A stretch of DNA of 64,000 nt from Ignavibacteriales bacterium. GTDB taxonomy: Bacteria; Bacteroidota; Ignavibacteria; T3Sed10-11. Of the stretch, positions 19,692-28,950 are shown in pieces. Each line of letters starts with the position of its first letter. Position 1 is the stretch's first letter. The stretch covers positions 7,161 through 71,160 of the forward strand of contig PWTU01000538.1 in NCBI GenBank assembly GCA_003562775.1, in the 5' to 3' direction. The translations under genes were made by a program, and so were the position numbers. The notes under the pieces are model-generated. The model was not told where the DNA came from. It made no database searches and saw only the letters and a program-made list of their open reading frames with translations.

Positions 19692-21113
19692 TTGCTCTAT
19701 AGAGATGATGTGAGGAAAAATATTTCAATAATTAAAGGTGCATACAAAATAGGTGCTTTATCTTCACCTGAAATGGCGTCGGCAATCGATGAACTCCTGT
19801 CGCCGATGGATAACATTAAGGTCGAGACGTTATCACGCCCTCTCCGGGAGGAATCCCCGCACCTGATAATTTACGAGCCATCGAATACCAACGATGGAAC
19901 GCAGGATCAATTGTTATCTTTTTTACGGGAGTGCAGTGACAATATTCCGGTAATTGCAGTAACGAATAAACCGAATTACCAGAAAGCTATCGCATTACTA
20001 AGAGCGGGCCTAAAAGATTATATAAATCTGTCCAGCGAAAAATCAAAATTATATCAGCAAATAGAATCATATTTTAAATTATGGCAAAATGAGCAAGAGA
20101 AAAAAGCGTTTCAAGAATATACCAGAGCCACGTACGATTTCAGCCGGATTATTGGAAATTCTCCCCACATTGAAAAAGTATTGGAGGTCCTAAAGAAGGT
20201 TATAGACACAGAAAACGTAACGGTTCTGATAAGAGGTGAGACCGGTACCGGCAAAGAATTGGTTGCAAAAGCCATTCATTACAACAGCAGAAACAGAGAT
20301 AATCCCTTCGTCGAAATTGCTTGCACCGCTATTCCCGACACATTACTTGAATCAGAACTCTTCGGTTACGAGAAAGGCGCTTTCACTGACGCACGCGATA
20401 AGAAAGCAGGTCTTTTTGAGATTGCCCAGGACGGTACTATTTTTCTGGATGAGATCGGCGATATAACTCCGGTTATTCAATCAAAACTGCTCAAAGTCAT
20501 TGAGGAGAAAAAATTCCGGAGACTTGGGAGCGTGCGTGATATCCCGGTACAAGCACGTATTATTTCGGCTACCGGCGTCAATCTGGAGCAAATGGTAGAA
20601 TCGGGAAAATTCAGAAGAGATTTATATTACCGGCTTAATGTCGTCCCGATCGAACTCCCTCCCCTCCGTCAGAGAAAAGAGGATATTCCGATTCTTGCAA
20701 ATCATTTTCTTCAACAATTCAACAAACAATATGAGAAAGAAGTTGAAGGATTTTCCAAGCGGGCAATAAATTTTCTGGCAGAACATACCTGGCCGGGAAA
20801 CGTACGGGAATTAAAACACAGTATAGAGAGAGCAGTATTGTTGGTTGAACACGGATTAATCGATGATTCTCATTTTTCAATTAAAAATAACTCGAATACA
20901 TTCGATGAAAATCAATCTCATACTTTCGACAATAATTATATAACATTTAATTTATCTATAACAAATGCTACCCTGGAGGATGCAGAACGTCAATTAGTAA
21001 AAAAAATATTACACCACACCGGTGGAAATAAAACCAAAGCGGCACAGATAATGAAAATATCGCGTCCAAAACTCGATAGAATTATTAAACGAAATCAAAA
21101 CTACTTACAATAG
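19692..21113 (+). CDS. sigma54-dependent transcriptional activator (NtrC-like: pseudo-receiver, AAA+, Fis HTH)
   Basis: GETGTGKE, ESELFGYEKGAFTDA, FLDEIG, FRRDLYYRLNV, WPGNVRELK, GNKTKAAQIM. Start codon uncertain (TTG 19692, GTG 19710 or ATG 19773). Confidence 0.92.
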   Translation: MLYRDDVRKNISIIKGAYKIGALSSPEMASAIDELLSPMDNIKVETLSRPLREESPHLIIYEPSNTNDGTQDQLLSFLRECSDNIPVIAVTNKPNYQKAIALLRAGLKDYINLSSEKSKLYQQIESYFKLWQNEQEKKAFQEYTRATYDFSRIIGNSPHIEKVLEVLKKVIDTENVTVLIRGETGTGKELVAKAIHYNSRNRDNPFVEIACTAIPDTLLESELFGYEKGAFTDARDKKAGLFEIAQDGTIFLDEIGDITPVIQSKLLKVIEEKKFRRLGSVRDIPVQARIISATGVNLEQMVESGKFRRDLYYRLNVVPIELPPLRQRKEDIPILANHFLQQFNKQYEKEVEGFSKRAINFLAEHTWPGNVRELKHSIERAVLLVEHGLIDDSHFSIKNNSNTFDENQSHTFDNNYITFNLSITNATLEDAERQLVKKILHHTGGNKTKAAQIMKISRPKLDRIIKRNQNYLQ

Positions 21114-21146
21114 AGATTTTCCTTTTATCGACTTATGGTATAGTGT

Positions 21147-22460
21147 ATGGAATTAAAAGACCTATTAATACATGAAGAAATCAAAACGAATGCTGTTAAT
21201 AAAACATTCGAAGGTGAAAATCGGGTCAAAGACCTTGAATTAATCCTGCATGTGGTAAAAACCATCAACAAGTCTCTTATACTCGAAGAAGTATTACAAC
21301 TTGTTCTGGATAACGCAATCAAAGTAGCAAAAGCTGAACGGGGATTTTTAATTCTTCTGAATGAAGAAGGAAAATTACAATGCGAACTTGCACGGGATGA
21401 AAAAGGAAACTCGCTCCCGGAAGATGCATATCAGGTAAGTGAAACCATCGTACAGGATGTTTTTACGTCAACGGAATCAATCTTTATTGAAAACGCTCAA
21501 ACTGACCATCGCTACGAACAGCGAAAAAGTATTCAATCGCTTAGATTACAAACTATAATCTGTTCACCGCTTGTCGTTCGTAATGAAAAAATAGGCATTA
21601 TTTACGTAGACAGCCGCTCGATTCAATCGATCCAAAAAGATGAAATAGTAGATCTTTTTGAAATCCTCGCAGGACAGGCAGCTATTGCAATAAAGAATGC
21701 ACAATTGTATGACAAGTTACAGAAGGCCTTTCAAGATGTACAAATTGCTAACGATCAGCTCATCAAATCCGACCGGATGATCTCCAGAGGAAAAATGGCA
21801 TCGGAGATCAGTCACGAGCTAAAAAATCTTGTCAATGTGGTGCTATTACAATTGCAATATTTCCAAAGTTCGATATCTATGAATCCCAAACTGGGAGCAG
21901 CAATCGAAAATCAACGATTAAAAAATTCGATAGCTTCCGTGCAGCGGATCGGTGAATTTGCTCAGGGATTGCTCGAATCCGCACCAATGAAATTAGAGAA
22001 AAAACCCGGTAACATTAATGAGAAGATTAAACAAACGGTTAAATATATTAGAACATTAAAAAAATATCAAAAGGCGAAACTCGAGATCTCGCTCGATGAT
22101 AACGTCCCGATATTTTCATTCGATGAAAAACAAATTCATCAGGTATTACTCAATCTGTTAAACAATGCAGTCGAAGCATACGAGGAAGCGACGATAAAAA
22201 TTAAAACGAAATATTTTCCATCCAAAAACATTGTACAGATTGTAGTAAGCGACAACGGTCCCGGTATTGAAAAGGAAGTATTAAATAAATTGCTGGTCAG
22301 CAAAATTACAACCAAGCCCGACGGCAATGGATACGGATTACCTATTTGTAGAAAGATAATAGAGAATCATGGCGGAACTATGGAAATCGAATCAGAGGTG
22401 AACAAAGGCACCACATTTTTTATGACATTGTCTGCAAAATCGTCCGACACCAAGATGTAA
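21147..22460 (+). CDS. Soluble GAF-domain sensor histidine kinase (copy 1)
   Basis: GAF (AERGFLIL..IICSPL..IGIIYVDS..LAGQAAIAIKNAQLY), H-box SHELKN, N-box NLLNNA, DNGPGI, GNGYGL. No TM segment. Confidence 0.88.
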   Translation: MELKDLLIHEEIKTNAVNKTFEGENRVKDLELILHVVKTINKSLILEEVLQLVLDNAIKVAKAERGFLILLNEEGKLQCELARDEKGNSLPEDAYQVSETIVQDVFTSTESIFIENAQTDHRYEQRKSIQSLRLQTIICSPLVVRNEKIGIIYVDSRSIQSIQKDEIVDLFEILAGQAAIAIKNAQLYDKLQKAFQDVQIANDQLIKSDRMISRGKMASEISHELKNLVNVVLLQLQYFQSSISMNPKLGAAIENQRLKNSIASVQRIGEFAQGLLESAPMKLEKKPGNINEKIKQTVKYIRTLKKYQKAKLEISLDDNVPIFSFDEKQIHQVLLNLLNNAVEAYEEATIKIKTKYFPSKNIVQIVVSDNGPGIEKEVLNKLLVSKITTKPDGNGYGLPICRKIIENHGGTMEIESEVNKGTTFFMTLSAKSSDTKM

Positions 22461-22753
22461 TAATTTACATACACATCCATACCTATAATTATCTCTCTTT
22501 TATTCTATAAATACATTACACGCTTAAAATAATATTTAAGACAAAATTGTAATATCTACAATTTACACTGGAAACCGGAAAGTTAGACGTCTCAGTCAAT
22601 TTTAATTCAAGCCCAATTTTTAAACTACCATCTTCCTGAATTATAAACTTTTGAATTTTTCGATATATGACCCTGAATAGGCAATAATTCAAGACCGATT
22701 CCTCCCGAAAGAATTAATGCAACACTTATATTTTTTTGTGTTTCCCCATTCTC

Positions 22754-22768
22754 CGGCACGAAGTTTGT
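22754..22768 (+). promoter_or_regulatory. sigma54 (-24/-12) promoter
   Basis: CGGCACG-AAGT-TTGT upstream of lipoprotein copy 2; TGTAA/TTACA elements at about 22456-22470 and 22545-22567. Confidence 0.7.
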
Positions 22769-22826
22769 GGATACTATTATCAGAACTAATTAATCCAAAC
22801 AACATAACAAATTATAGGAGTATATC

Positions 22827-23417
22827 ATGTTGACACGTAATTACCCTCTCGCACTTCTTTTTGGATTTCTCGTATTACTGGTCGGTTGTGATAATTTTGA
22901 GAATCCCGTTAGCAGTCCCGAAGTAGCTGCACTCGAAGAGGACGCTGTACAAGCATTGAATTTTGTAAAATTACCCAAACCGGACGGTATCTTCAAACCA
23001 TCGGAGAATACCGAAGTTTCCGCGACCATATCCCCGCGAACCGGCGGTAGACTTGCATTAGATTACTCCGACGGTTCCGTTCGAATTCAGGCAAGTCTGC
23101 ATTTTGCCCCAGGATCCGTTAACGAAAATGTAGATGTTACTATGGAGTTAGTTTATGATTCGGATGCATTGGAATTTAAATTTTCAAAATCAGGTACAAC
23201 GTTTTTAAAACCGGGTAGATTTTCAGTTAACGCGCGTGGGCTTGATTTGGAGGGAGTTGAAGATTTAAAATTGGTTTATTATAATAACGATACAGAAGAT
23301 TGGGAAGAGGCAGAAGAGATCGATCCACAGATGCTTCGTTATAATGTAAAAACGGGACAATTACAGTGCATAAACGCGCCGATTAATCACTTCTCCCGGT
23401 ATGCATTTGCATTTTAA
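22827..23417 (+). CDS. Lipoprotein with single ZU5-like domain ending in HF|SRYAFAF (copy 2)
   Basis: AGGAG RBS; lipobox LVGC; ISPRTGGRLAL, LHFAPGSVNENVDVTM, SGTTFLKPGRFSV; terminal HFSRYAFAF. Confidence 0.75.
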   Translation: MLTRNYPLALLFGFLVLLVGCDNFENPVSSPEVAALEEDAVQALNFVKLPKPDGIFKPSENTEVSATISPRTGGRLALDYSDGSVRIQASLHFAPGSVNENVDVTMELVYDSDALEFKFSKSGTTFLKPGRFSVNARGLDLEGVEDLKLVYYNNDTEDWEEAEEIDPQMLRYNVKTGQLQCINAPINHFSRYAFAF

Positions 23418-23467
23418 GTTTAATGAATAATGCCCGGTAAAAAAGCGTCATCTTATCAAAGGACGAT

Positions 23468-24787
23468 ATGAAACTGAGCGAATTATTAGTAGATAAATCA
23501 AATTATTCTACAACAGATAAAAAATTGGTAATGGGGCAGGATCGTGCGAAAGACCTTGAACTGATACTTAATGTTGTTCAAACCATCAATAAGTCTCTTA
23601 TACTTGATGAAGTTTTACAACTGGTACTCGATAATGCAATCAAGGTAACAAAAGCCGAGCGGGGTTTTCTGATTCTCCGGGACGAAGAAGAGAAGCTGGA
23701 ATGCGTCCTTGCACGGGATGCATTGGGAAACCCGTTACCCGAAGATGCGTATCAAATTAGCGATACAATCGTTCACGACGTTTTTACTACATCGGAATCA
23801 ATATGCGTCGAAAATGCTCAGACCGACAACCGGTTCGAGCAAAGCCGGAGCATTATGTCGCTCCGGCTGGAAACAATATTATGCTCGCCGCTTGTCGTTC
23901 GTAACGAAAAAATCGGTGTTATCTATGTAGACAGCCGGTCAATTCAGCCGGTCAACCGGGATGAGATAGTCGATCTTTTTGAAATTCTTGCGGGCCAGGC
24001 AGCAATTGCAATAAAGAATGCACAACTGTATGATAATTTACAAAAAGCATTTCAGGATGTGCAAATTGCCAATGAACAGCTTATCAAATCCGAACGGATG
24101 GTTTCCAAGGGTGAAATTGCAGCGGAAATTAGTCACGAATTAAAAAATCTTGTCAACGTAGTGCTCCTGCAACTGCAATCCCTCGAAAGATCGATAACAA
24201 AGAATCCCGCCTTACAATCTTCCACCGAGATCCAAAAACTGAAAGATTCAGTGGTTTCGGTTCAACGGATCGGTGAATTTGCACAGGGACTGCTCGAATC
24301 GTCGCCGTTAAGAGTTGATAAAATACCCGGCGACATAAACGAGCAAATAAAACATATAGTTAAATTCATCAGAACATTAAAACGGTATCAGAAAGCTACA
24401 ATTAAACTTTCTCTTGATCCGAATGTTCCGGTATTTCCGTTCGACGAAAAACAAACACAGCAGGTAATGCTGAATTTGCTGAACAATTCCGTCGAAGCAT
24501 ATAATGAAGCGACTATTAAAATTTCAACCAGGTTTTACCCGACGAAAGAGCTTGTACAAATAGTTGTTAGTGATAACGGCCCCGGCATAGAACAGGAGGT
24601 CCTGAAAAAATTACTGAAGAGTAAGATTACAACCAAACCCGACGGCCACGGCTATGGTTTGCCGATCTGCAGAAAGATAATCGAAAATCACGGCGGCACG
24701 ATGGAAGTCGAATCGGCAATCAATAAAGGCGCCAAATTCTATTTAACACTTTCGACAATAGAGGACTTCGAAAACACCGACGATTAA
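23468..24787 (+). CDS. Soluble GAF-domain sensor histidine kinase (copy 2, close paralog of 21147-22460)
   Basis: Same architecture with long identical blocks (CSPLVVRNEKIG, EISHELKNLVNVVLLQLQ, VVSDNGPGIE, GYGLPICRKIIENHGGTME). Confidence 0.88.
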   Translation: MKLSELLVDKSNYSTTDKKLVMGQDRAKDLELILNVVQTINKSLILDEVLQLVLDNAIKVTKAERGFLILRDEEEKLECVLARDALGNPLPEDAYQISDTIVHDVFTTSESICVENAQTDNRFEQSRSIMSLRLETILCSPLVVRNEKIGVIYVDSRSIQPVNRDEIVDLFEILAGQAAIAIKNAQLYDNLQKAFQDVQIANEQLIKSERMVSKGEIAAEISHELKNLVNVVLLQLQSLERSITKNPALQSSTEIQKLKDSVVSVQRIGEFAQGLLESSPLRVDKIPGDINEQIKHIVKFIRTLKRYQKATIKLSLDPNVPVFPFDEKQTQQVMLNLLNNSVEAYNEATIKISTRFYPTKELVQIVVSDNGPGIEQEVLKKLLKSKITTKPDGHGYGLPICRKIIENHGGTMEVESAINKGAKFYLTLSTIEDFENTDD

Positions 24788-27700
24788 AAGAACACTCTCA
24801 CTTCTCCTCTTCCCTGATGGATTAACGGGCGGTCGTGCTCGGCGCGGCCGTCGTATTGTATTGATGCCTGTATAAACCGACTAATACGGTAATCAAACGT
24901 TACGCGCCACAACCAGCTCAACCCTTCTACCCGCCCTCCGGTCAATTCAAACGGCAGTGAATATCGCAGCAAATCATCAGGCCGGTTTTGCCTGAGAAGT
25001 ACTTGTTCCCGTGAGAACTCGGTCCGGAACTGTCCCCGGGCTTGGATAGAATACAATAAACGGAGCGTCTGTGCATTAATCGACGCATTGATAGGGTATT
25101 CGGGAAATTCATCAACGGCGGAGGTTATTTCCATAACAAATCCTACCTCGATGCGGGGCTGCGGGCGATATGAAAGATCGGATGTGATCGCATTCGATGT
25201 AATCGCACGCTCCCGGTTGCTCGGCTGGGTAGCAATTACTCTGTCGCGTCGATTTATTACATCAACCTGATGCCCGATTTCTTCGACAAGCTGCCAGCGC
25301 AACCTGACCGACCGCTCAATGTAATTTGCCGTCTCAACACCGAGACTGAACTGATTCAATCCCTTCCGCTCCATATATCGAAACCGCATTGAGAATTCAC
25401 GGCTCCGTTCGTTAAGAAACACATCCTGCGTAATCATCTGACTGCCGACGATGGTATTCTCCTGATCCCGAAAACTTGAAAGACGCATGAGATAAATATT
25501 GCTTGTCTGCGGATCGCGGCTCTTTTCCTCGAGCCGTAAATTGGTGTCGGTCGAAAATCGCCGAATCAGTCCGGTAAAGAAACCGTTTCCTTCTTCTATA
25601 ATCCTCGATGGTATTAGACGCAAACGGATATTTGACCGCAAATCGACAACCGGAAACAGCTCATCGGTCGGAACGGTCACGGCAATATAATCGCCGTCGA
25701 ACCGCACAAGCTCGAATTCATCCTCATCTGCCATACCGGTGTTGTTCAGATCGCCGAGATACCGGTAGTTCCCCGTACCTTTGGGTACGCGTACGAAAAC
25801 CCGCTCCATACGCGCCGACCGCTGCGTTGTTACTTCATAAAATAAATCGCTTTCAATAAACCGCTGAAGCGGTGCATATCGGGATTGACTCCGAATAAGA
25901 ATGGTCTCATTGTCGCTGCGTCCTTCCTGACGGAATACTTCATGAACATTTTTATTGCGATAGGTAAAATCTACACGCGATGAAAATGTGTTCCAGTCGC
26001 GCAACCGCCACGATGTCCGGCTTGTTATGGATTCGGATTCGGGGGTTTTCGCGCCTCTTAAGAATTCCGTATCCTCCCGATATTCCAGCTCGGTCGATAT
26101 ACTCATTCGGGCAATCTCATCGATCTCAAGACGCGGGGATATCCGGTAAAATGAAAAGCTGCCTGCAATCAATGAATCTGACGGAACGGACCGGACACTT
26201 CTGTCTTCCTGCTCGAAAAATACGCCCGGGGTTATACGTGTTCGATCCTTCACCTGCCAGTTATAAAACAATCTCCCTTGCTGGCGCATCCAATCACCCC
26301 GCCGGGATTGTAACATATCATCGCTGTTAATAGATTCAATATAGTATCGTAAAGAAGGCAGCGAACTTCCTTCGACCTGTACTATTGCATCATAACGCTC
26401 GGAGTGAAATAAATCGCCGCGTGATATTGCACCGTATGAACTGACGAGAACCACCTCTCCCACCGGATTGTACGCTATCGACGCCTGGCGCATCATCTCA
26501 TCACCGGTAATCTCATCGCTGAGGTCCCACTGCCGGTTGAATTCAATCTCATTCATTCTATCCATCGATACAAAATGACTGTCGACATACCGCTGACGGA
26601 AATCTATATCGAATGATCCGATGTTCCGGTTCATTACTTTCACATCGCCCGGTGAATATGACATTCCGAAAAGATACGCACCTCCATCGTTATGCTCATT
26701 GTCGAGTGATGAAAACCGGTTCCCGTCGAAACTGCTGAATGAATATTCACCGAGAACATTTAAATCTCCAACAACATTATAGTGCATCGCCGCATTGCCA
26801 ATTTGATGTAACTGCGGCATCGGCAGAAATTGCACGGGGAGATAACTTCCCGTTTCAGGTCCGGAATATTCAAATTGTCCGCCTGCAATCCGGCGATAGT
26901 CCCCTCTTCCTTCACCGACGTATGAAAAACTAATGCTATAGATTGCGTCCGGTGCACCGGGATCGAAGTCGTAATAGGTAACCGTTTCATCTGCAATAGT
27001 CGTATCCCGCCGGATATACTGTCCGTTGCCTCTACCCGTCTCACTATTCACCCCTACTTCACGCACACTGCTCCGTGATGCCTTAAAGCGATCGGTTCCA
27101 CTCTGACTTAATATCTGTCTTTCTTCTTCACCCAGTATAAAATCGATAGGCGAGTTTTGATCGTCGCTCTCGCGGTAATATCCCAAGCTGAGCGACATTC
27201 GATCGTCGATCAACGTTTGTTCGGTGTTTGCAGCAAAAAAATTGCGGTTATACTGACGATCCGTATATTCAAAATCGATAACAATTCTGCTTGCGGAGGT
27301 AATAAGCCGTTGCGCGGTAAAAACCACTTCACCGTTGCCGTATTCAATGACATAGTCGTTATTTTCACCGCGTGTCATGCGTTGCCCATCGATGTACACC
27401 CGTTCTGATCCGGGCACGATAATAATAGCACGTTCGTTATTGCGTCCGGTAAGCCGGTACGGTCCCTGTACTCCCTCCTGCCCGCGAAATTCCATCGTAT
27501 GAAATTTTCCCCTTATACTGGCGCCGGCAATCATAACTTCCCCGTCGCCGTACCCCGCGCGATATTGGTACTGCCCCATAGCTCCCTGCAAGCGCCTGTT
27601 GAGACGTGAGAACTCCGTCCCGGTTACCTCTAAATCAAAATCGCCGAAGGTTGCCCTGTAATCGTCGCTAAATATTTGTATATACACTTTATCCAATTCG

Positions 27701-28320
27701 CGGAGAGTTTGCGTCGTTCCCTCGGGTTGAATGGGTGTATTCTCATCGGTGAGCGTCGCGGCAATCTCTACCTGGTCGGAAAGGTTGCCGGATAATTGCA
27801 TTCGAAAACCGGATTGCAGGGTTAAGTCGCGATTGGTGCCGATGCTCAACCCCCGTATCAAGCTGCCGCTTGTCCTCAATTGAGACGTAAAGATATCGTC
27901 GAGCGTGAACGAGCGGCGGGGCATTACGGCGCGCCGGGGTTCATCTTCATCCGTAGTATCCTCGGCAAATTCATAAAGACGATAGATATCGCTGAACATC
28001 AGGGGTAAATACCGGTAGGTTACCCGAAGCAACACCGGTTCAAATTCATCAGATTCGTATGGAATTGCATGGAGGTCCAAAATTCCGTAACGATAATCTA
28101 TCGAATAATGGTTATCGCGTTCAAGGTGCATGACGCCGTTCAGTATCACCTTTTCGGATCCTGTGAGTATAAATTTGTTTTCGAGCGATAGTGTGGTATC
28201 CGGGCTGGAAATGGAATACTGTGCATGTCCTTCTATGCCGGGCTTTTCCTGAGACAAAACGGCAAGCGGCAGAATGATTAAAACAATCAGAAATATGTAA
28301 CTTTTTTGAGCCAGGCGCAT
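24784..28320 (-). CDS. Large putative outer-membrane beta-barrel protein of unknown function
   Basis: Signal peptide, alternating beta-strand pattern, C-terminal GEVRVFF. Two copies of a GSExVxxxG...Y.I[DE]Y..G motif. Confidence 0.65.
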   Translation of the reverse strand: MRLAQKSYIFLIVLIILPLAVLSQEKPGIEGHAQYSISSPDTTLSLENKFILTGSEKVILNGVMHLERDNHYSIDYRYGILDLHAIPYESDEFEPVLLRVTYRYLPLMFSDIYRLYEFAEDTTDEDEPRRAVMPRRSFTLDDIFTSQLRTSGSLIRGLSIGTNRDLTLQSGFRMQLSGNLSDQVEIAATLTDENTPIQPEGTTQTLRELDKVYIQIFSDDYRATFGDFDLEVTGTEFSRLNRRLQGAMGQYQYRAGYGDGEVMIAGASIRGKFHTMEFRGQEGVQGPYRLTGRNNERAIIIVPGSERVYIDGQRMTRGENNDYVIEYGNGEVVFTAQRLITSASRIVIDFEYTDRQYNRNFFAANTEQTLIDDRMSLSLGYYRESDDQNSPIDFILGEEERQILSQSGTDRFKASRSSVREVGVNSETGRGNGQYIRRDTTIADETVTYYDFDPGAPDAIYSISFSYVGEGRGDYRRIAGGQFEYSGPETGSYLPVQFLPMPQLHQIGNAAMHYNVVGDLNVLGEYSFSSFDGNRFSSLDNEHNDGGAYLFGMSYSPGDVKVMNRNIGSFDIDFRQRYVDSHFVSMDRMNEIEFNRQWDLSDEITGDEMMRQASIAYNPVGEVVLVSSYGAISRGDLFHSERYDAIVQVEGSSLPSLRYYIESINSDDMLQSRRGDWMRQQGRLFYNWQVKDRTRITPGVFFEQEDRSVRSVPSDSLIAGSFSFYRISPRLEIDEIARMSISTELEYREDTEFLRGAKTPESESITSRTSWRLRDWNTFSSRVDFTYRNKNVHEVFRQEGRSDNETILIRSQSRYAPLQRFIESDLFYEVTTQRSARMERVFVRVPKGTGNYRYLGDLNNTGMADEDEFELVRFDGDYIAVTVPTDELFPVVDLRSNIRLRLIPSRIIEEGNGFFTGLIRRFSTDTNLRLEEKSRDPQTSNIYLMRLSSFRDQENTIVGSQMITQDVFLNERSREFSMRFRYMERKGLNQFSLGVETANYIERSVRLRWQLVEEIGHQVDVINRRDRVIATQPSNRERAITSNAITSDLSYRPQPRIEVGFVMEITSAVDEFPEYPINASINAQTLRLLYSIQARGQFRTEFSREQVLLRQNRPDDLLRYSLPFELTGGRVEGLSWLWRVTFDYRISRFIQASIQYDGRAEHDRPLIHQGRGEVRVFF

Positions 28321-28598
28321 CTTACTTTGTGAGCCGGTCTATCAATCCGGATTATTATCTTTGTGGTTTATCTTGAGAATCTGTTTACACCGTAGAAAAA
28401 ACCATGCGCCTCCATTGGCAGGTCGTGGTACTCCTGTAGATTAATGTGAATGTACAGCATTTTTTCGCTTAATACCATAACTATATATATTACAAAATAA
28501 GAAAATTAAAATCAAAAACGGAACAGATCCTCTCAAACAACGTCTAAAATCATATTGGTTCACAAAATACTTGATCACCGTCTCATTAAGGAGACTAT

Positions 28599-28913
28599 AT
28601 GACTGCCCGCATTTTTTTACTGATTATGATTCTGTGTGCGCCATTCTTCATTATACCACAGGACATACCAAAATCGCCTGAATTCTTGAGAGACGAATCC
28701 GGAAAAATCACAGGCGTATTATTGGACGACACATACTATTTCATTAAAATTGTACCGGCAGATACGATACGTACTGTTCCGATGCCACTCTATGCACCGC
28801 ATAAATGGTGGCGGTATTTTGGAGATGATTCTCTCCATTATATTTTGCCGGATTCACTTCTACGGTATTTGCCGGACTCGCTTCGGGTACCGCGTGAGGA
28901 TTATGATGAATGA
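28599..28913 (+). CDS. Small secreted hypothetical protein
   Basis: AAGGAG RBS, hydrophobic N-terminus, LPDSL repeated twice. Confidence 0.55.
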   Translation: MTARIFLLIMILCAPFFIIPQDIPKSPEFLRDESGKITGVLLDDTYYFIKIVPADTIRTVPMPLYAPHKWWRYFGDDSLHYILPDSLLRYLPDSLRVPREDYDE

Positions 28914-28923
28914 GAAACGGAAG

Positions 28924-28950
28924 GAGTACCGCAGGAGGGGTAAACCCACA
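28924..28950 (-). repeat. Degenerate direct repeat of the tRNA-Leu 3' end (att-like scar)
   Basis: GAGTACCGCAGGAGGGG-T-AAACCCACA vs GAGTGCCGCAGGAGGGGGTCGAACCCACA at 30353-30381; 25 of 29 aligned positions identical. Confidence 0.7.

Noticed and set aside
20350-20400. GAFTDA instead of GAFTGA as a sign of a sigma54-independent activator
   Set aside because: GAFTDA is a common natural variant that keeps the critical F and T, and sigma54 promoters are adjacent.
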